NCBI GenBank assembly: GCA_048013815.1
Contig: CM106586.1
Span: 2,356,001 to 2,420,000, forward strand
From: Setoptus koraiensis
Taxonomy: Eukaryota; Animalia; Arthropoda
Length of the DNA: 64,000 bases
Direction: 5' to 3'
Made by a program: the position numbers and the translations under genes. Positions 26,368-37,312 of this stretch are shown in pieces (position 1 is the stretch's first letter; each line of letters opens with the position of its first letter). The notes below the pieces were generated by a model. That model saw only the letters and a program-made list of their open reading frames with translations. It ran no database searches and had not been told where the DNA came from.

Positions 26368-27319
26368 CTGAGGCAGCGGCCTTCAAGTCGGTGGTGGTGC
26401 TGTACATGTGCTTTGAGTCGGCTGAATCTTGTTCGCCTCTGTCCACGATCCTTGACATTGGGTCACGTTGCTCGTTGTCGATGTCGCTGGCGTCATCGTT
26501 GATGTTGTCATTGTTGTTGTTGTTGTTGTTGCTCAATTCTTGCACTAGTTGCTGTCTCTTGCTGCTGTTGTGTTGCATTTTTTTGTTTGTCAACGCGCTC
26601 GGACGCGACTCCAAACCAAAACCGATGGCTCGTGTCGCCGACGATGGTCGCGACATTGGCGACGATGCCGCTCTGGCTCGCGGATGTTCAACGGGCACCG
26701 GCGATCCCGATGACTCGTCGTCGTCCAAATTCGATGTCTCGTCAGCGCCCATTGGTCGCTCGTCGTCGGCCTGATCGGCGGACTCGTCGGAAGCTGAGGC
26801 ACTCTCTCCTTGGCCGCCGCCCAATGAATTGGCCTCACTAATGTCACTGTTCATGTTTTTGTCGTGCTCCTCGCGATCATTGCCAGAAAATTCATTTATT
26901 GGGCCACTGTCTGATTCTGAGTTGCCCTTTGGGCTGCTCTCTTCGGCCATTCCCAAATTGTGATGCTGACGATGCGAATTGGCCTTTTTGTGGTGCGATG
27001 CAGCCACTTCCGGTCGCTCGTAAGACGATTCGCTGTCGTCGTCGTTGGATGATTCGCCGTCATCGTTTCGTTTCATATCTTCGTCAATATCCGAATTGGC
27101 CTTGTCCAGCGCACCTAAACTCAATTCTGCCTCGTTCATGAATTCAAATTTGTTGTTTGCGTCGCCTGTTTGGTCAGAATTTTCACCGTTGTCATTGAAA
27201 TACGATGCTGGCTGCGATTGTTTCTTCAATGGCTTTGCCTCGCTTGATATCAAACACAATTGTAGGGCCATGGCTACAACAACTACTGAGGCCAAAATTT
27301 TGCTGTTGATTCTGATCAT
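26368..27319 (-). CDS. Exon 1 of a 356-aa secreted acidic low-complexity protein (putative cuticle/extracellular protein)
   Basis: Signal peptide MIRINSKILASVVVVAMALQLCLISSEA, then a D/E/S/N-rich body ending DLKAAAS. Consensus donor CAG|GTGAGT at 26367. Intron 26367-25659 (709 bp). Confidence 0.9.
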
Positions 27320-29430
27320 TTTGATGTGTTTGTGTTTGTTTTGGTGTTTGTTTGATATTTATGGTTGCTGTTGGTTAGTTGCTTTGTTGTTGATGCACAA
27401 GTCAAGTGATGAATGAGTTAGTGATTGTCGTTGGCGCTGACTTTTATTCAAAATCATCTCAGCTGAGATCCAATGGCGGCCAAGATTACGCCTGATTAAA
27501 CAAACAGGCGCAACGCGATTACATAATCTATATCGGATAGATCTATAGCCACTATGGGATGGCTGCTATGCGACAGCAGTTACTGTTTCAGTTGCAGTTT
27601 CAGCTACCGACACAGCCCCTAAGACCGTGCCAGGCAATACCGGATTCTGTGTAGCGTATGCTCGTTTTGAACCGGTAAATCACACACAACTATAGCCATC
27701 ACTGTTGCTGCATTAAATTAATACAGCAACACACAAAATCAATTTATAAATGGCACTCCCCCCTCCTTCGGGCGTCTGAGCCACTCCTCTATACATGATA
27801 TATAAGATGATGATTACACAACAAAATTCATTGATCCTGATGATGATGCAACAAGCAACGGCATCCAATCAAAGTGCCAAGAGCGACAGTGTGGCCTTGA
27901 TTTTGAGCCTTACTCTCACTCACTGACAAACAAAATCAACGTTGATGTTACGTCAAACATAAGGCACGATAGATAGAGATAAAAGTTGAGTCGGTGCAGT
28001 TTAATTTAATCACTAGGCAATGTTATCATCATGAGCATGAGCATCATTGAAGGAACAATAAAGAAAAGGAGAATAATATAAAAAATAATAAAGATCCGGA
28101 TCAAGATCGTTCGCGATCTATTGTTATGTAACGTCGTCTCGACTTGCCTACTCCGTAATGGCGGATTTAATGGCAACGAGTAGTGACGGCATCACACATA
28201 CACTTAGCAATGGCAACATAAAGGCAATCACTAAATCAAATAGAAATAGACATACACACACACTCTTGGCTAAGTTATTGGTGGGCATTGCGTAAGCGAG
28301 TGAACAACAACCTGAAATACCTGTATACTAATAGGTTGCTGATGCTGCTGCTCGATAGCTCTGCTGCCATGGATGCTTAACAAGCCAAAGAAGCTGAATA
28401 AGCTAAATAAGAATGGGCAAACGTTTTTTTTTCTTTCTCTCTCTCTTTCTCTGCCATCAATGTCGGCTGTTGACTGTTCGATGGATCTCTCTTTAAAATG
28501 GCTCCTTCTGTGCCTTACACAGCAACAACAACAGCAACAACAACAACAACAGCGCGCAATGAGCAGAGACACAACATACAAAAAGAAACGAGTAACAAGA
28601 AGAACCCGTTGAGTGATCTTGACATGATGATACAGTTAGACAATCAATCAATAATTAGTTTGTATCATCGTGGTTCAAGTGACACTCAACTCGATAGGCA
28701 ACTCACAAACAAACAAACAAACAAACAAACCAACGGATAGGCAAACAAACGGATAAACAAACAGACAAACAAGCAAACAAACAAATGAACTCAACTCGTT
28801 GACTTATTGCCAATAAATTATTGCCAATAAGTTATTGGCAAGGCATTGTTTGCATTGTTGACCGCAGTGTCACCCGATCAGACGTGTCGCCACAATTATC
28901 TGAGCTGCTCTGCGTTGTGATTAATGCTGGCCGATAGTGTTGACGTTGTCACGGTGATTGGTGGCATCAAAACTTTAGGTTAATCCATTATAATTAATGA
29001 TTGATATTAGCCAGATTTTGTGTACATATTCATAAGCAATAATTGATTGGCGAGTAACACCAGTTGGTAGTTGCGCGTAAGCGGGTTTAGGTTGCCAAGT
29101 GCGCTATGGCGACGTGGCGCATAACACAGGCGCCATTCGGTGGGCTTGTGTGTGCTAATTAGAGGACAGGTGTAGTGCCCATAAGAAGGTCACCGTGAGT
29201 GCACAGTGATACCGGGCACAAACTGGCGACATCAACTCCGACTATTTCAGTCTGAAATGGCCGTAATGGCGGCACTGACCGGACTGAGGTGACCAGTGTG
29301 TGCAGTGGTCAGTGTGCGCAGTGGTCAGTTAAGTGGCAGTGTCAAGAGGCATTGTGCACTGCCAGCGCTGGCAGTCATAATAGTAATGAAATAAGCATCA
29401 GAGAGACCTTGCTTCGAAGCGTGAATCCTG

Positions 29431-29500
29431 TTGTTGCTGGTAGTTGATGGTTGTTGCTGGTTGTTGCTGGCTGTTGCTGGCTGTTGCTGGCTGTTGCTGG
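29431..29500. repeat. 10-bp tandem repeat YTGTTGCTGG, about 7 copies
   Basis: Direct reading. One degenerate unit at 29441. Confidence 0.85.
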
Positions 29501-30827
29501 CTGCTGACTGCTGCCGACTGTGAATTATGTGAACGTGATGATGAACAGCGCGACAGTAGCGCAACCTGTGGTCAGTGTAGTGTGACACTAATCACTTACA
29601 TAACATTATCATTATTGTTGTTAGTCTCTCACACAATAATGAGCGGTTGTTGTATGTTGGCGGCACAAAAGAGAGAGAGAGAGATTGAGCGATGGCACGA
29701 AAAGAGAGAGAACGACGTGCCTCATTGGGACACTAACAATGTCAGCAGATGCAGCCAAATGGAGCCACATTGCGCCACATTGCGCCAGATGGAAAGGAAA
29801 AAGTCGGCGTCGCTAAAAAGTTTCGCCCGCTTGTAAAATTTACCAGTTAACAATGAGCACTGATTGCTTTCGCTTCCTGTCGCCATTTCTGCTACCAGTG
29901 ACCAGCGACCGGCGACCAGCCACTAGCAACTAGTGACTGGTCACTCGTCTCTAGTGGCCGCTCACCGGCAACTAGTGGCCGCAAGTCTCATTGCCAACTC
30001 GACAGCAACTCACCTGAATGAATCTCACTCTCACCTGTTGCACAATTCCCCTGTGTGTTGCGTCTGTCATGGAGTGTGTCGCAATCAGCATGATGGCGTC
30101 ATCACGGTACGCGTAGTATATGGTGGCAACAATAGTAGTGGCATCACTTGTAGTGGCACCACATGTAACAGCGTGGCAGCCGAGAGAACAGGTTGATATG
30201 TGGACAAGTGCACTTGTTGTGGCCACTTTTGCTGGGCTGCATCATGTGTGTTGCAATAGCATGATGCAACACACACACACACACACGACAACGGCGACAA
30301 GAGTAAGTTACGTCAAGTTGCTCTTGAACTGTTATCGAGTGCGAGCAATTTGCTACTTTTTTTCAAATTCTTTTTGTTGTTCGCTTTGTGTTGTTCGCTT
30401 TGTGTTGGCGCTGAGCAATTGGCAGCAATTCGAGAGAGTTGCTCGCCAATTCGCCGAAAAGAAGAATTGCACAGAACATTGGCAAGCAATTGCGAGCACA
30501 TCGGACATCACAACAAGTCGACAACATCATTACTGAGTCAGTAGTACTGACTTGCGTAACAATGGCACCAGTTATGCTGCTGCACAAAATAAACACAATC
30601 GCCATACCGGGCAAGCAAGACGAGCAACGACAATACTGCTTGCATCATGGCCAAATGTGGCCGCCATATGTGTCGTTGGGGCCTGATGGGCGCTGCTGTT
30701 TGTCGAGCTGTTTCCCGAGCTGTTGTTTCAGTGATGTCGCATCTGAAATATCTCGCAAACTGTTAGCGCTGCATGCCAGACAACAGGCCAGATATGTTAG
30801 TCAGTTAACAGATACAATTTTAGCTTT

Positions 30828-30890
30828 GGCTTCACACTGGCGAGTCGCGGCTTCACACTGGCGAGTCGCGGCTTCACACTGGCGAGTCGC
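30828..30890. repeat. Perfect 21-bp tandem triplication GGCTTCACACTGGCGAGTCGC
   Basis: Three identical units at 30828, 30849 and 30870. Confidence 0.95.
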
Positions 30891-32467
30891 GACAGCAGCA
30901 ATCAAACGAAATCATAAACAATAATCTGTTTGCTGTCCAGTGACTAGATTGTGTTACTTGTGTCACTCACTCCACGGACACAGCGTCGCATGGTGAGTTG
31001 TGTCGCACACTCCCAACGACAAACTTTGCGGACAGCGAGTCACAAAGTCACTCGACGGCTGTCGGTCGTCGCCAAATGGGACATTTTGTGCCTAGTTTGT
31101 GTTCTCTTGCGGACACAAACAAACACAACGAACCAGCGAACGAAGCGACGGAGCAACCAGCGAGAGAGCGAAAAAACGAGCCAACGAGAGAGCGAGACAA
31201 GAGAGAACAAAACATAAAAATGCAGCTCGCACAGAGATTAGAATCGCGCATCATTAATTAGGCGGATACTGGCCGGCAAAGTGGAGAAGTTAATTTGCAG
31301 CAGCAGCGCACATTTATTATTTAATTATAATGACCATGTTGATGCTGATGATACTAATAAATAAAGTGCTCGCTCTTGGTCGCTGTGTATTTTATATTTT
31401 TCGTTCTGTGTTTATTAATGCCAGTACCAACAAATCAACACTGTCGTGTCGACAAGTTCACACACACACACAGCGACACTGTCCACTGTCTAGACTCTGG
31501 ACTATGGACTCTAGAGTATGGACGGTCCAATACAGTGAAAAGTGAACACTTTACACTAAACAAGACAAGAAACTCGCCAGCTGACAGCTCAATGTGCTCA
31601 GTGTGTGCGATATCGAGCCACACTAATTAAGACGACGTTAATCAACTTAAACTCATGGTCAGTTCATCATAACTGCATGCCATCCCGCTGCCATCTACGC
31701 TCGGCTAACATATTAATTATCACTTATGTGCCACCTGACACACACAAACACACTCAGGCACTCATGCGTCTGACAGTTTGATACGGATATTTGAACGGCG
31801 ACTCGCCAGCGCCAATTTGGGTATCGAATCTGTGGCCTGACGATTGCACGAGCCACCCAGTTAGCAGCTTGCCCAGTCCAGTATTGTGACACGGCAAGGC
31901 CAAATAATAACGCAACTACAACTGAAAATGGCGCCAAACAGACTCGCAAACACTAACTAACAAAGCTTGTAAACTAGGCGCCCAATAAGTGGACGCACTC
32001 GTTAACAGATGATCGATTTCGTTGATTTTATTGATTGGCGCTCGCTCGCTAGCTCGCTGTTTATTGGCCAGCGATCGACGGCTGGCTCGAACAGTTTCAA
32101 TTTATAGCCGCTCGACGCTCATTGGGCCGGCGCCGTAGCCGTTGGTTTGCCGTTGCAACAATATGCAAATTTTGTTCACGAATCGCCAATGATTACGACA
32201 AACGCTCACTGGATGTTGAAGCGCGCGCTTGTCGGCTGCCGACAGGTCAGTTGGCGCCTCGTGTGTGTGTGTGTGTGTGCGCGCAAGTCGCTCGTATAAG
32301 TGGCTATAAATAACTGACACACAACTTATACTCATTAACGACTATTCTAATTCAGGTAGGTCGTTTGCGCAACAGTGTGTCGACATGAACCGGCCATCGA
32401 CTGGCCAGTGCGCCACTCGAGCCAAACTGACAAGTGTGAGCGAGCCAACGGTGAGCCGATGGCGCAA

Positions 32468-35400
32468 TCACAGGCTCTCATTTGGCACTTTGAGTTTGTG
32501 TTCATGTTGGTGCTTTTCTGCTGGCACGGGCGCGGTGCTGTTGCTGTTAGTCGCAAGTGCGACAAGTGCGCCCGATTTGCCGCTCGCCATCGAGCTGGTC
32601 GCATTGGACGATTGTGGCGAATTGGCGCCAGTTGGCATCACGATCGACGTTACAAACTTTTTATCCTGTTTGTCGCCCGCCGGCTTCATTGGTGGCCTGT
32701 AATCGGTGGTTGTTTGCAGTTGCGTTAAATCTTGTTGCCGTTGGGCCCCTTGCAACGTGGTGAGCGCGGCCACAACGGGTTTGTTGTTTCGCTTGATCAT
32801 CACCTGACATTTGTCGTCGCCGTTGCACGAGGCATAATAACTGGAGTCCTCGTTGTGATAATCGTCGCCATTGTTTCGTTTGTTTTGGCCAAAGTCTGTG
32901 TCGCTGTCCAAATAGTCGTCGCGTTCGTCTTGGTCATAATCGTCGCCGAGTAGCGGCAATTTAAACTCTACCTTGTTTGCGTGCGCCTTTGTTTGCGTGC
33001 TCGCCGGCCTGTAATTATCGTTTGCATTTTCGTCGTTTGCGTTGCTTGAATTGTGGTCACTTGTTCCCGGCGCCTTCTTATTTTTTCGCCTTCTCCTCTT
33101 CTTGCTTCTCGCCCTCCTTCTCTTGGGCCTTGTTTGTTGTTGGTCGCTGGAGCTGGAGCTGTCGTCGTCGTCGACGTTGTTGTTGTCGCTGTTGCTGTTG
33201 TCGTCGCTGGCCGCCCGGCCGCCGGCCGACTCTGTTGCGCTCAGCGGCAGCTGATGGTCGCTCGATTCGTGGCCGGCCGACCAATTGTTTGTTTTCTTCA
33301 CCCGTTGTCGCCTCCGCCGGCCTCTCCCCTTTTGTCGGGACCCCCTCGGGCGGCTGGCGGCCGCCCTGTTGCGGGCGCGCTGTTCTAGCTCGTGGCCGTG
33401 ATAATCGTAGTCGTCCAGCTTATCTCTAGCTATGTGTCCCAACAGCTCGCCGCTCTGCTGCCCCCGTCGCTGTTGCCGGCGCCGCCCATTGGGTCTGCGT
33501 CGGCCGGCCTGCCATTGATTCTGACGTTTTCTCTTTCTCTTTCGTTGCCCGTTGTTCGCGTTGTTCCGCTGCCCAACTTGCAGCCGACTGTGCCTATTTC
33601 CGCGCCGCCTGCTCGTGTCACTAACGCCATAGTAACTCCTGCTGTCATTCATGGACTCGTCCACCTGCGGCCTTCTGTGGTTGGCGTTGTTGTTGTTGTC
33701 GTTGTTGCCGCTGTTGCCGCTGTAGCTGCTGTTGTTGCCGTTGTTGTTGCTGTTGTTGTTGTTGCCGGTGTGGGGCCGATTGAGCGCGAACTCGGCCGAC
33801 TCGTGATGGTGCCGGTCGCCGTTGTCGTCGTTGTCTCGGCTGCTGTTTGTGTTGCTGTTGCTGGTGGCGGCGGCGCTTGTGCCGTTGCCACTTGTCGTCG
33901 TATCGTTGTCATCATCGCGATTCGAATTGAACTCAGACGAGGAATTCCTTTCACCTGAGCTGTCGCTATCTTTATTGCTATCATTGCTGTTGCCGTTGCC
34001 GCCGCCGCCACCGCCGCCATTGTGGCTGTCACTTGGCTGTTTGTTGTTTGCGGACTCTTTCACCTGTTGCCGGCCTGAATCGGCGCGCTGGTCTGAATCG
34101 GAGTCGTCCGAATTGGTATCACTCTCAATTGATTCGTTTGACACCGCCGGCCGCTTCGATCGTGTCGGCGGCGGCGGCTCCTCTTCGCCGGTGCCGCCTG
34201 CATCTAGGTGGTCTTGAGCCGACGGGTCGTTTTGTGGCCGCAGCTTCTTCTTTTTAGCTTCGGAGGCCTCGTGCTCTTGCTGCCGCTGCTGCGAATCGGG
34301 CTCGCCGTCGGCCGTGCCGTCGTTATCGTCGTCCCGCTCGTCGTGACCACCGGCATCGAGTGATCTACCTGTGCTCTTTCTTCTCTTCTTTTTATCTGCA
34401 TCTTGCGAGCGTCGTCGCATGCCTCTCGGCGCCACCGACTCGCCGCTCGCCTCCTCCTCTTCTTCGTCGTCGTCGTCGTCCTCCTCTTGCCCTTGCCCTT
34501 GCTCTTGCCCTTGCTGCTGCTTGTCACGTGGCCGCTTCCTCTTGTTGCGCTGGCGTCTCTTTTTTCGCCGTCTCACCTGTCGCTGTTCGGGCGCGTCCGG
34601 CTCTGCGGCGCTTGTTTGTTTATCGGCGTCGCTGTCTCCGGACTCGGATCTCTTAATTTTGGCGGCGCCCGCCGCCGCCTCGTTGGCCGGCTTATTCGGC
34701 TTCAATTTGTCTGCCAGATCCTCGAAGAAATCGTCGTCGAAATACTTTTCCAGATCACTAGATATGTCGTCGGTTGTTTCGTCGGTGTGCGCTCGAGCAC
34801 GCTGCTGCTGCGCTCCAGTGGCCGCCGTGGCCGTCTTGTTGCTGTCGTTGTTGCCCGTTTGATCGGCCAGCGGAGCCGATCTGGTTGACTTTCCGTTGGA
34901 GCCCGAAGCTCGGCCGTCGTTGCCAGCGTCGCCGCTGCCGCTGCCACTGCTGTAACTGTTACGAACAATGGCGTCAATTAGACGCCTGCTGTCCAGTCGT
35001 TCTTTGCTGTTGGCCTCCTTGCTGTTGGCCTTGGCCAACAATTTCAACAACAGCGACAGCTCGTCCGAGCTCAATTTTGACGAATCAAACAGGCGCAACA
35101 TTCTTTCGTGTTCGCTCTCCTGTCGCGATTGATTGTCGTCCGGCGTGTCTGACGATGACGAGCCGCCGCCTTCGCCATCGGCGCTGCTAGTGCCGTTCCC
35201 CACTTGGCCCTGTTTTTGTTTGTCCTTGAACGCCATCTCCATCTCGACCTCGTCATCCAGATCGTCGCCCTGTTCGTCGGCCTGGGCCTCTTGGTCGCTG
35301 TCGGTGTCCACGTCCAAATCCGAGTCAGAGTCACTGTCGAACCCGTCCGCTCCGTCGGCCGCCTTCTGAGTCATTCTAATCAAATTCTTCAACAATTGCT

Positions 35401-37312
35401 CCTCGCTGGAAATGGGCAAATGCGCGCCAACACCCACGGGTCTCATCAAGCCGCTGTTGTAGGCCCGCAGTCCCTCTATGCTGGTGAGCGCGGGCGCACT
35501 TTTGTTATTTTCCGGTTGTTGTTGTTGCTGCGAACCGGAAGTGAGTGTGCCCAGTGTGCTCTGGCCCTCTAAAAGTTTAAATTGCCTGATGAGTTCGTTG
35601 ATTTTGTCGCCGCTGATGCGCTCAACTTTCACCTTGCTGGGCTCCTCTTTGCCGCCGCTTGATTCCGCCTTGGCAGCGGAATCAGTGCCTTTAGAAGAGG
35701 ACTCTGGCGTTCTCGACACGCTGGCCCACAGCGCCTCGTTTTCATTGAGCAAATTTCTGTTTTTTCTCGTCAGCTGTTGCGCGTCCAGGCCCAAGTTTGT
35801 CGCCACTGGCCCCGTCAACGAAGATTGTTGCTCACCGATGCTGTTTCCGGTCAGCAGCACGGGCGCGCGTGCCGGCACAAATCTAGTGTGGCGTCTAGCG
35901 CCGCCGGCCAGCGCCTCGCTCAGCCCCAACGGTTGGTATGGGCCGTATATGGGGCGACCCTTCATGGTGACACCGGCCTTTTGGGTCGAGTAGTCGGGTT
36001 CTCGTTTGCGATGTTTTGTGTCGTCTGTTAGCGCGACAGGAAATTCGCGCAATGTTGTGTGGGACACTTTGCCCTGAAGCAACGGGCTCAATTGATAGTA
36101 ATTGTTCATCAGGTTTGTGCCTGCCGCCTGTTTGTTTGCCACTCTGGTGTCGTCCAAGCTGCCCGGTCGGTTGTCGTTGTTGTTGTTGCTGTTGTTGTTG
36201 CCAAAGAGCAGAGCCTTTAGTAGTTGCTGTCGCTCGTAATCGTTCAGTCTAGCCAGAGGATTCGTTGAGCTGTCATTTGTTTGTTTGTTGTTGTAAGCCA
36301 GCTCATGCTGGCTGGGCCAGCGTGTGGCCCCAGTGGTGTTGTCCGTTGCTTGACTATTGTGAAACACAACTGCGGGCTGGTTGTCGTCGTCGAAATGCGC
36401 CGATGTTGAGTAGAAATTGTTTGTTAGCATGGATGCGTCGCTAGGTGGCTGCTGCTGTTGCTGCTGTTGCTGCTGTTGTTGTTGTTGTTGATTGTCGAAT
36501 TGAGTTGTCGAGTATTGCAGCTGATTGTTGTTGTTGTTTTTGTTGTTGGCCAGTTGCACCACTTGCTGGACTCCAAAATCTGTGGGTGCAACGCCCCTGA
36601 ACGGACCTAGCGCGGCGAACTGCCCAAACTGGTTGCTGGGCTGATCGTCGTCAAAGTTGATACCGTTGAAAAGGGGCCCCACGTTGCCCATCAATTGTTG
36701 TTCAACTTCTGGCTGATGCAACAGCTGTTGATGAAACATGGGCTGATAAAGTGATCGCTTTATCTCATGCTCTTGGCTGTCTTGACTCACTTGGTCTTGC
36801 CTGAGACCTGACGAGTGGCCAGGATTGGGCTCAACGTCGTACTGATTATAATTGTTGTTGTTGCTGCTGTAATTAACTTGCCCACTTGTTGCGCCCTCAT
36901 AGTCATCGAAATAGTCGTCATGTCTTGTGCTTATGTCGTTATTAACGTTTGTGTCGTTGCGTAACTGTTGTTCTGACTCAACTATGTTCATCGATCTCAT
37001 TGGCTCATTTGTTGATTGTTGCTGTTGATCGTTGTCGCCGATTAATTGGTATTGATTAATTGATGGCCGCCGACGTTGGTCACGGCCACCGCTACTGTCG
37101 GCGGCAGCAATGGTGGCCACGTGACAGCAAACTATCGCTACTGCACTGCGAAGCGCTATTAGTTTTAGCAGAAATATTAAACGGCCAATACGGCGATCAT
37201 TATTGATCTCATCACTGATATCTGACGCTGATGCTAATGAAGATTTTATTATTGATGACGATGATGATGATGATGATGGCACACAGCAACAATAGTGGCT
37301 GTTAATTAGCAT
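32468..37312 (-). CDS. Giant (1614 aa) single-exon, probably secreted, intrinsically disordered Asn/Gln/Ser/Asp/Arg-rich protein
   Basis: 4.8-kb uninterrupted ORF, far longer than any non-coding ORF in this window. N-terminal hydrophobic segment LIFLLKLIALRSAVAIVCCHVATIAAA, alternating acidic and Arg/Lys blocks, several KR/RR sites. No domain recognised, and the exact start codon is uncertain. Confidence 0.85.
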   Translation of the reverse strand: MLINSHYCCCVPSSSSSSSSIIKSSLASASDISDEINNDRRIGRLIFLLKLIALRSAVAIVCCHVATIAAADSSGGRDQRRRPSINQYQLIGDNDQQQQSTNEPMRSMNIVESEQQLRNDTNVNNDISTRHDDYFDDYEGATSGQVNYSSNNNNYNQYDVEPNPGHSSGLRQDQVSQDSQEHEIKRSLYQPMFHQQLLHQPEVEQQLMGNVGPLFNGINFDDDQPSNQFGQFAALGPFRGVAPTDFGVQQVVQLANNKNNNNNQLQYSTTQFDNQQQQQQQQQQQQQQPPSDASMLTNNFYSTSAHFDDDNQPAVVFHNSQATDNTTGATRWPSQHELAYNNKQTNDSSTNPLARLNDYERQQLLKALLFGNNNSNNNNDNRPGSLDDTRVANKQAAGTNLMNNYYQLSPLLQGKVSHTTLREFPVALTDDTKHRKREPDYSTQKAGVTMKGRPIYGPYQPLGLSEALAGGARRHTRFVPARAPVLLTGNSIGEQQSSLTGPVATNLGLDAQQLTRKNRNLLNENEALWASVSRTPESSSKGTDSAAKAESSGGKEEPSKVKVERISGDKINELIRQFKLLEGQSTLGTLTSGSQQQQQPENNKSAPALTSIEGLRAYNSGLMRPVGVGAHLPISSEEQLLKNLIRMTQKAADGADGFDSDSDSDLDVDTDSDQEAQADEQGDDLDDEVEMEMAFKDKQKQGQVGNGTSSADGEGGGSSSSDTPDDNQSRQESEHERMLRLFDSSKLSSDELSLLLKLLAKANSKEANSKERLDSRRLIDAIVRNSYSSGSGSGDAGNDGRASGSNGKSTRSAPLADQTGNNDSNKTATAATGAQQQRARAHTDETTDDISSDLEKYFDDDFFEDLADKLKPNKPANEAAAGAAKIKRSESGDSDADKQTSAAEPDAPEQRQVRRRKKRRQRNKRKRPRDKQQQGQEQGQGQEEDDDDDEEEEEASGESVAPRGMRRRSQDADKKKRRKSTGRSLDAGGHDERDDDNDGTADGEPDSQQRQQEHEASEAKKKKLRPQNDPSAQDHLDAGGTGEEEPPPPTRSKRPAVSNESIESDTNSDDSDSDQRADSGRQQVKESANNKQPSDSHNGGGGGGGNGNSNDSNKDSDSSGERNSSSEFNSNRDDDNDTTTSGNGTSAAATSNSNTNSSRDNDDNGDRHHHESAEFALNRPHTGNNNNSNNNGNNSSYSGNSGNNDNNNNANHRRPQVDESMNDSRSYYGVSDTSRRRGNRHSRLQVGQRNNANNGQRKRKRKRQNQWQAGRRRPNGRRRQQRRGQQSGELLGHIARDKLDDYDYHGHELEQRARNRAAASRPRGSRQKGRGRRRRQRVKKTNNWSAGHESSDHQLPLSATESAGGRAASDDNSNSDNNNVDDDDSSSSSDQQQTRPKRRRARSKKRRRRKNKKAPGTSDHNSSNANDENANDNYRPASTQTKAHANKVEFKLPLLGDDYDQDERDDYLDSDTDFGQNKRNNGDDYHNEDSSYYASCNGDDKCQVMIKRNNKPVVAALTTLQGAQRQQDLTQLQTTTDYRPPMKPAGDKQDKKFVTSIVMPTGANSPQSSNATSSMASGKSGALVALATNSNSTAPVPAEKHQHEHKLKVPNESL

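Noticed and set aside
26391-27416. Plus-strand ORFs antisense to the 356-aa gene
   Set aside because: Antisense shadows. The minus frame has the signal peptide, splice sites and tail module.
32557-36252. Many plus-strand and alternative-frame ORFs overlapping the 1614-aa gene
   Set aside because: Shadow ORFs from GC-rich, low-complexity codons. They translate to poly-S/L/V/C with no independent gene signals.
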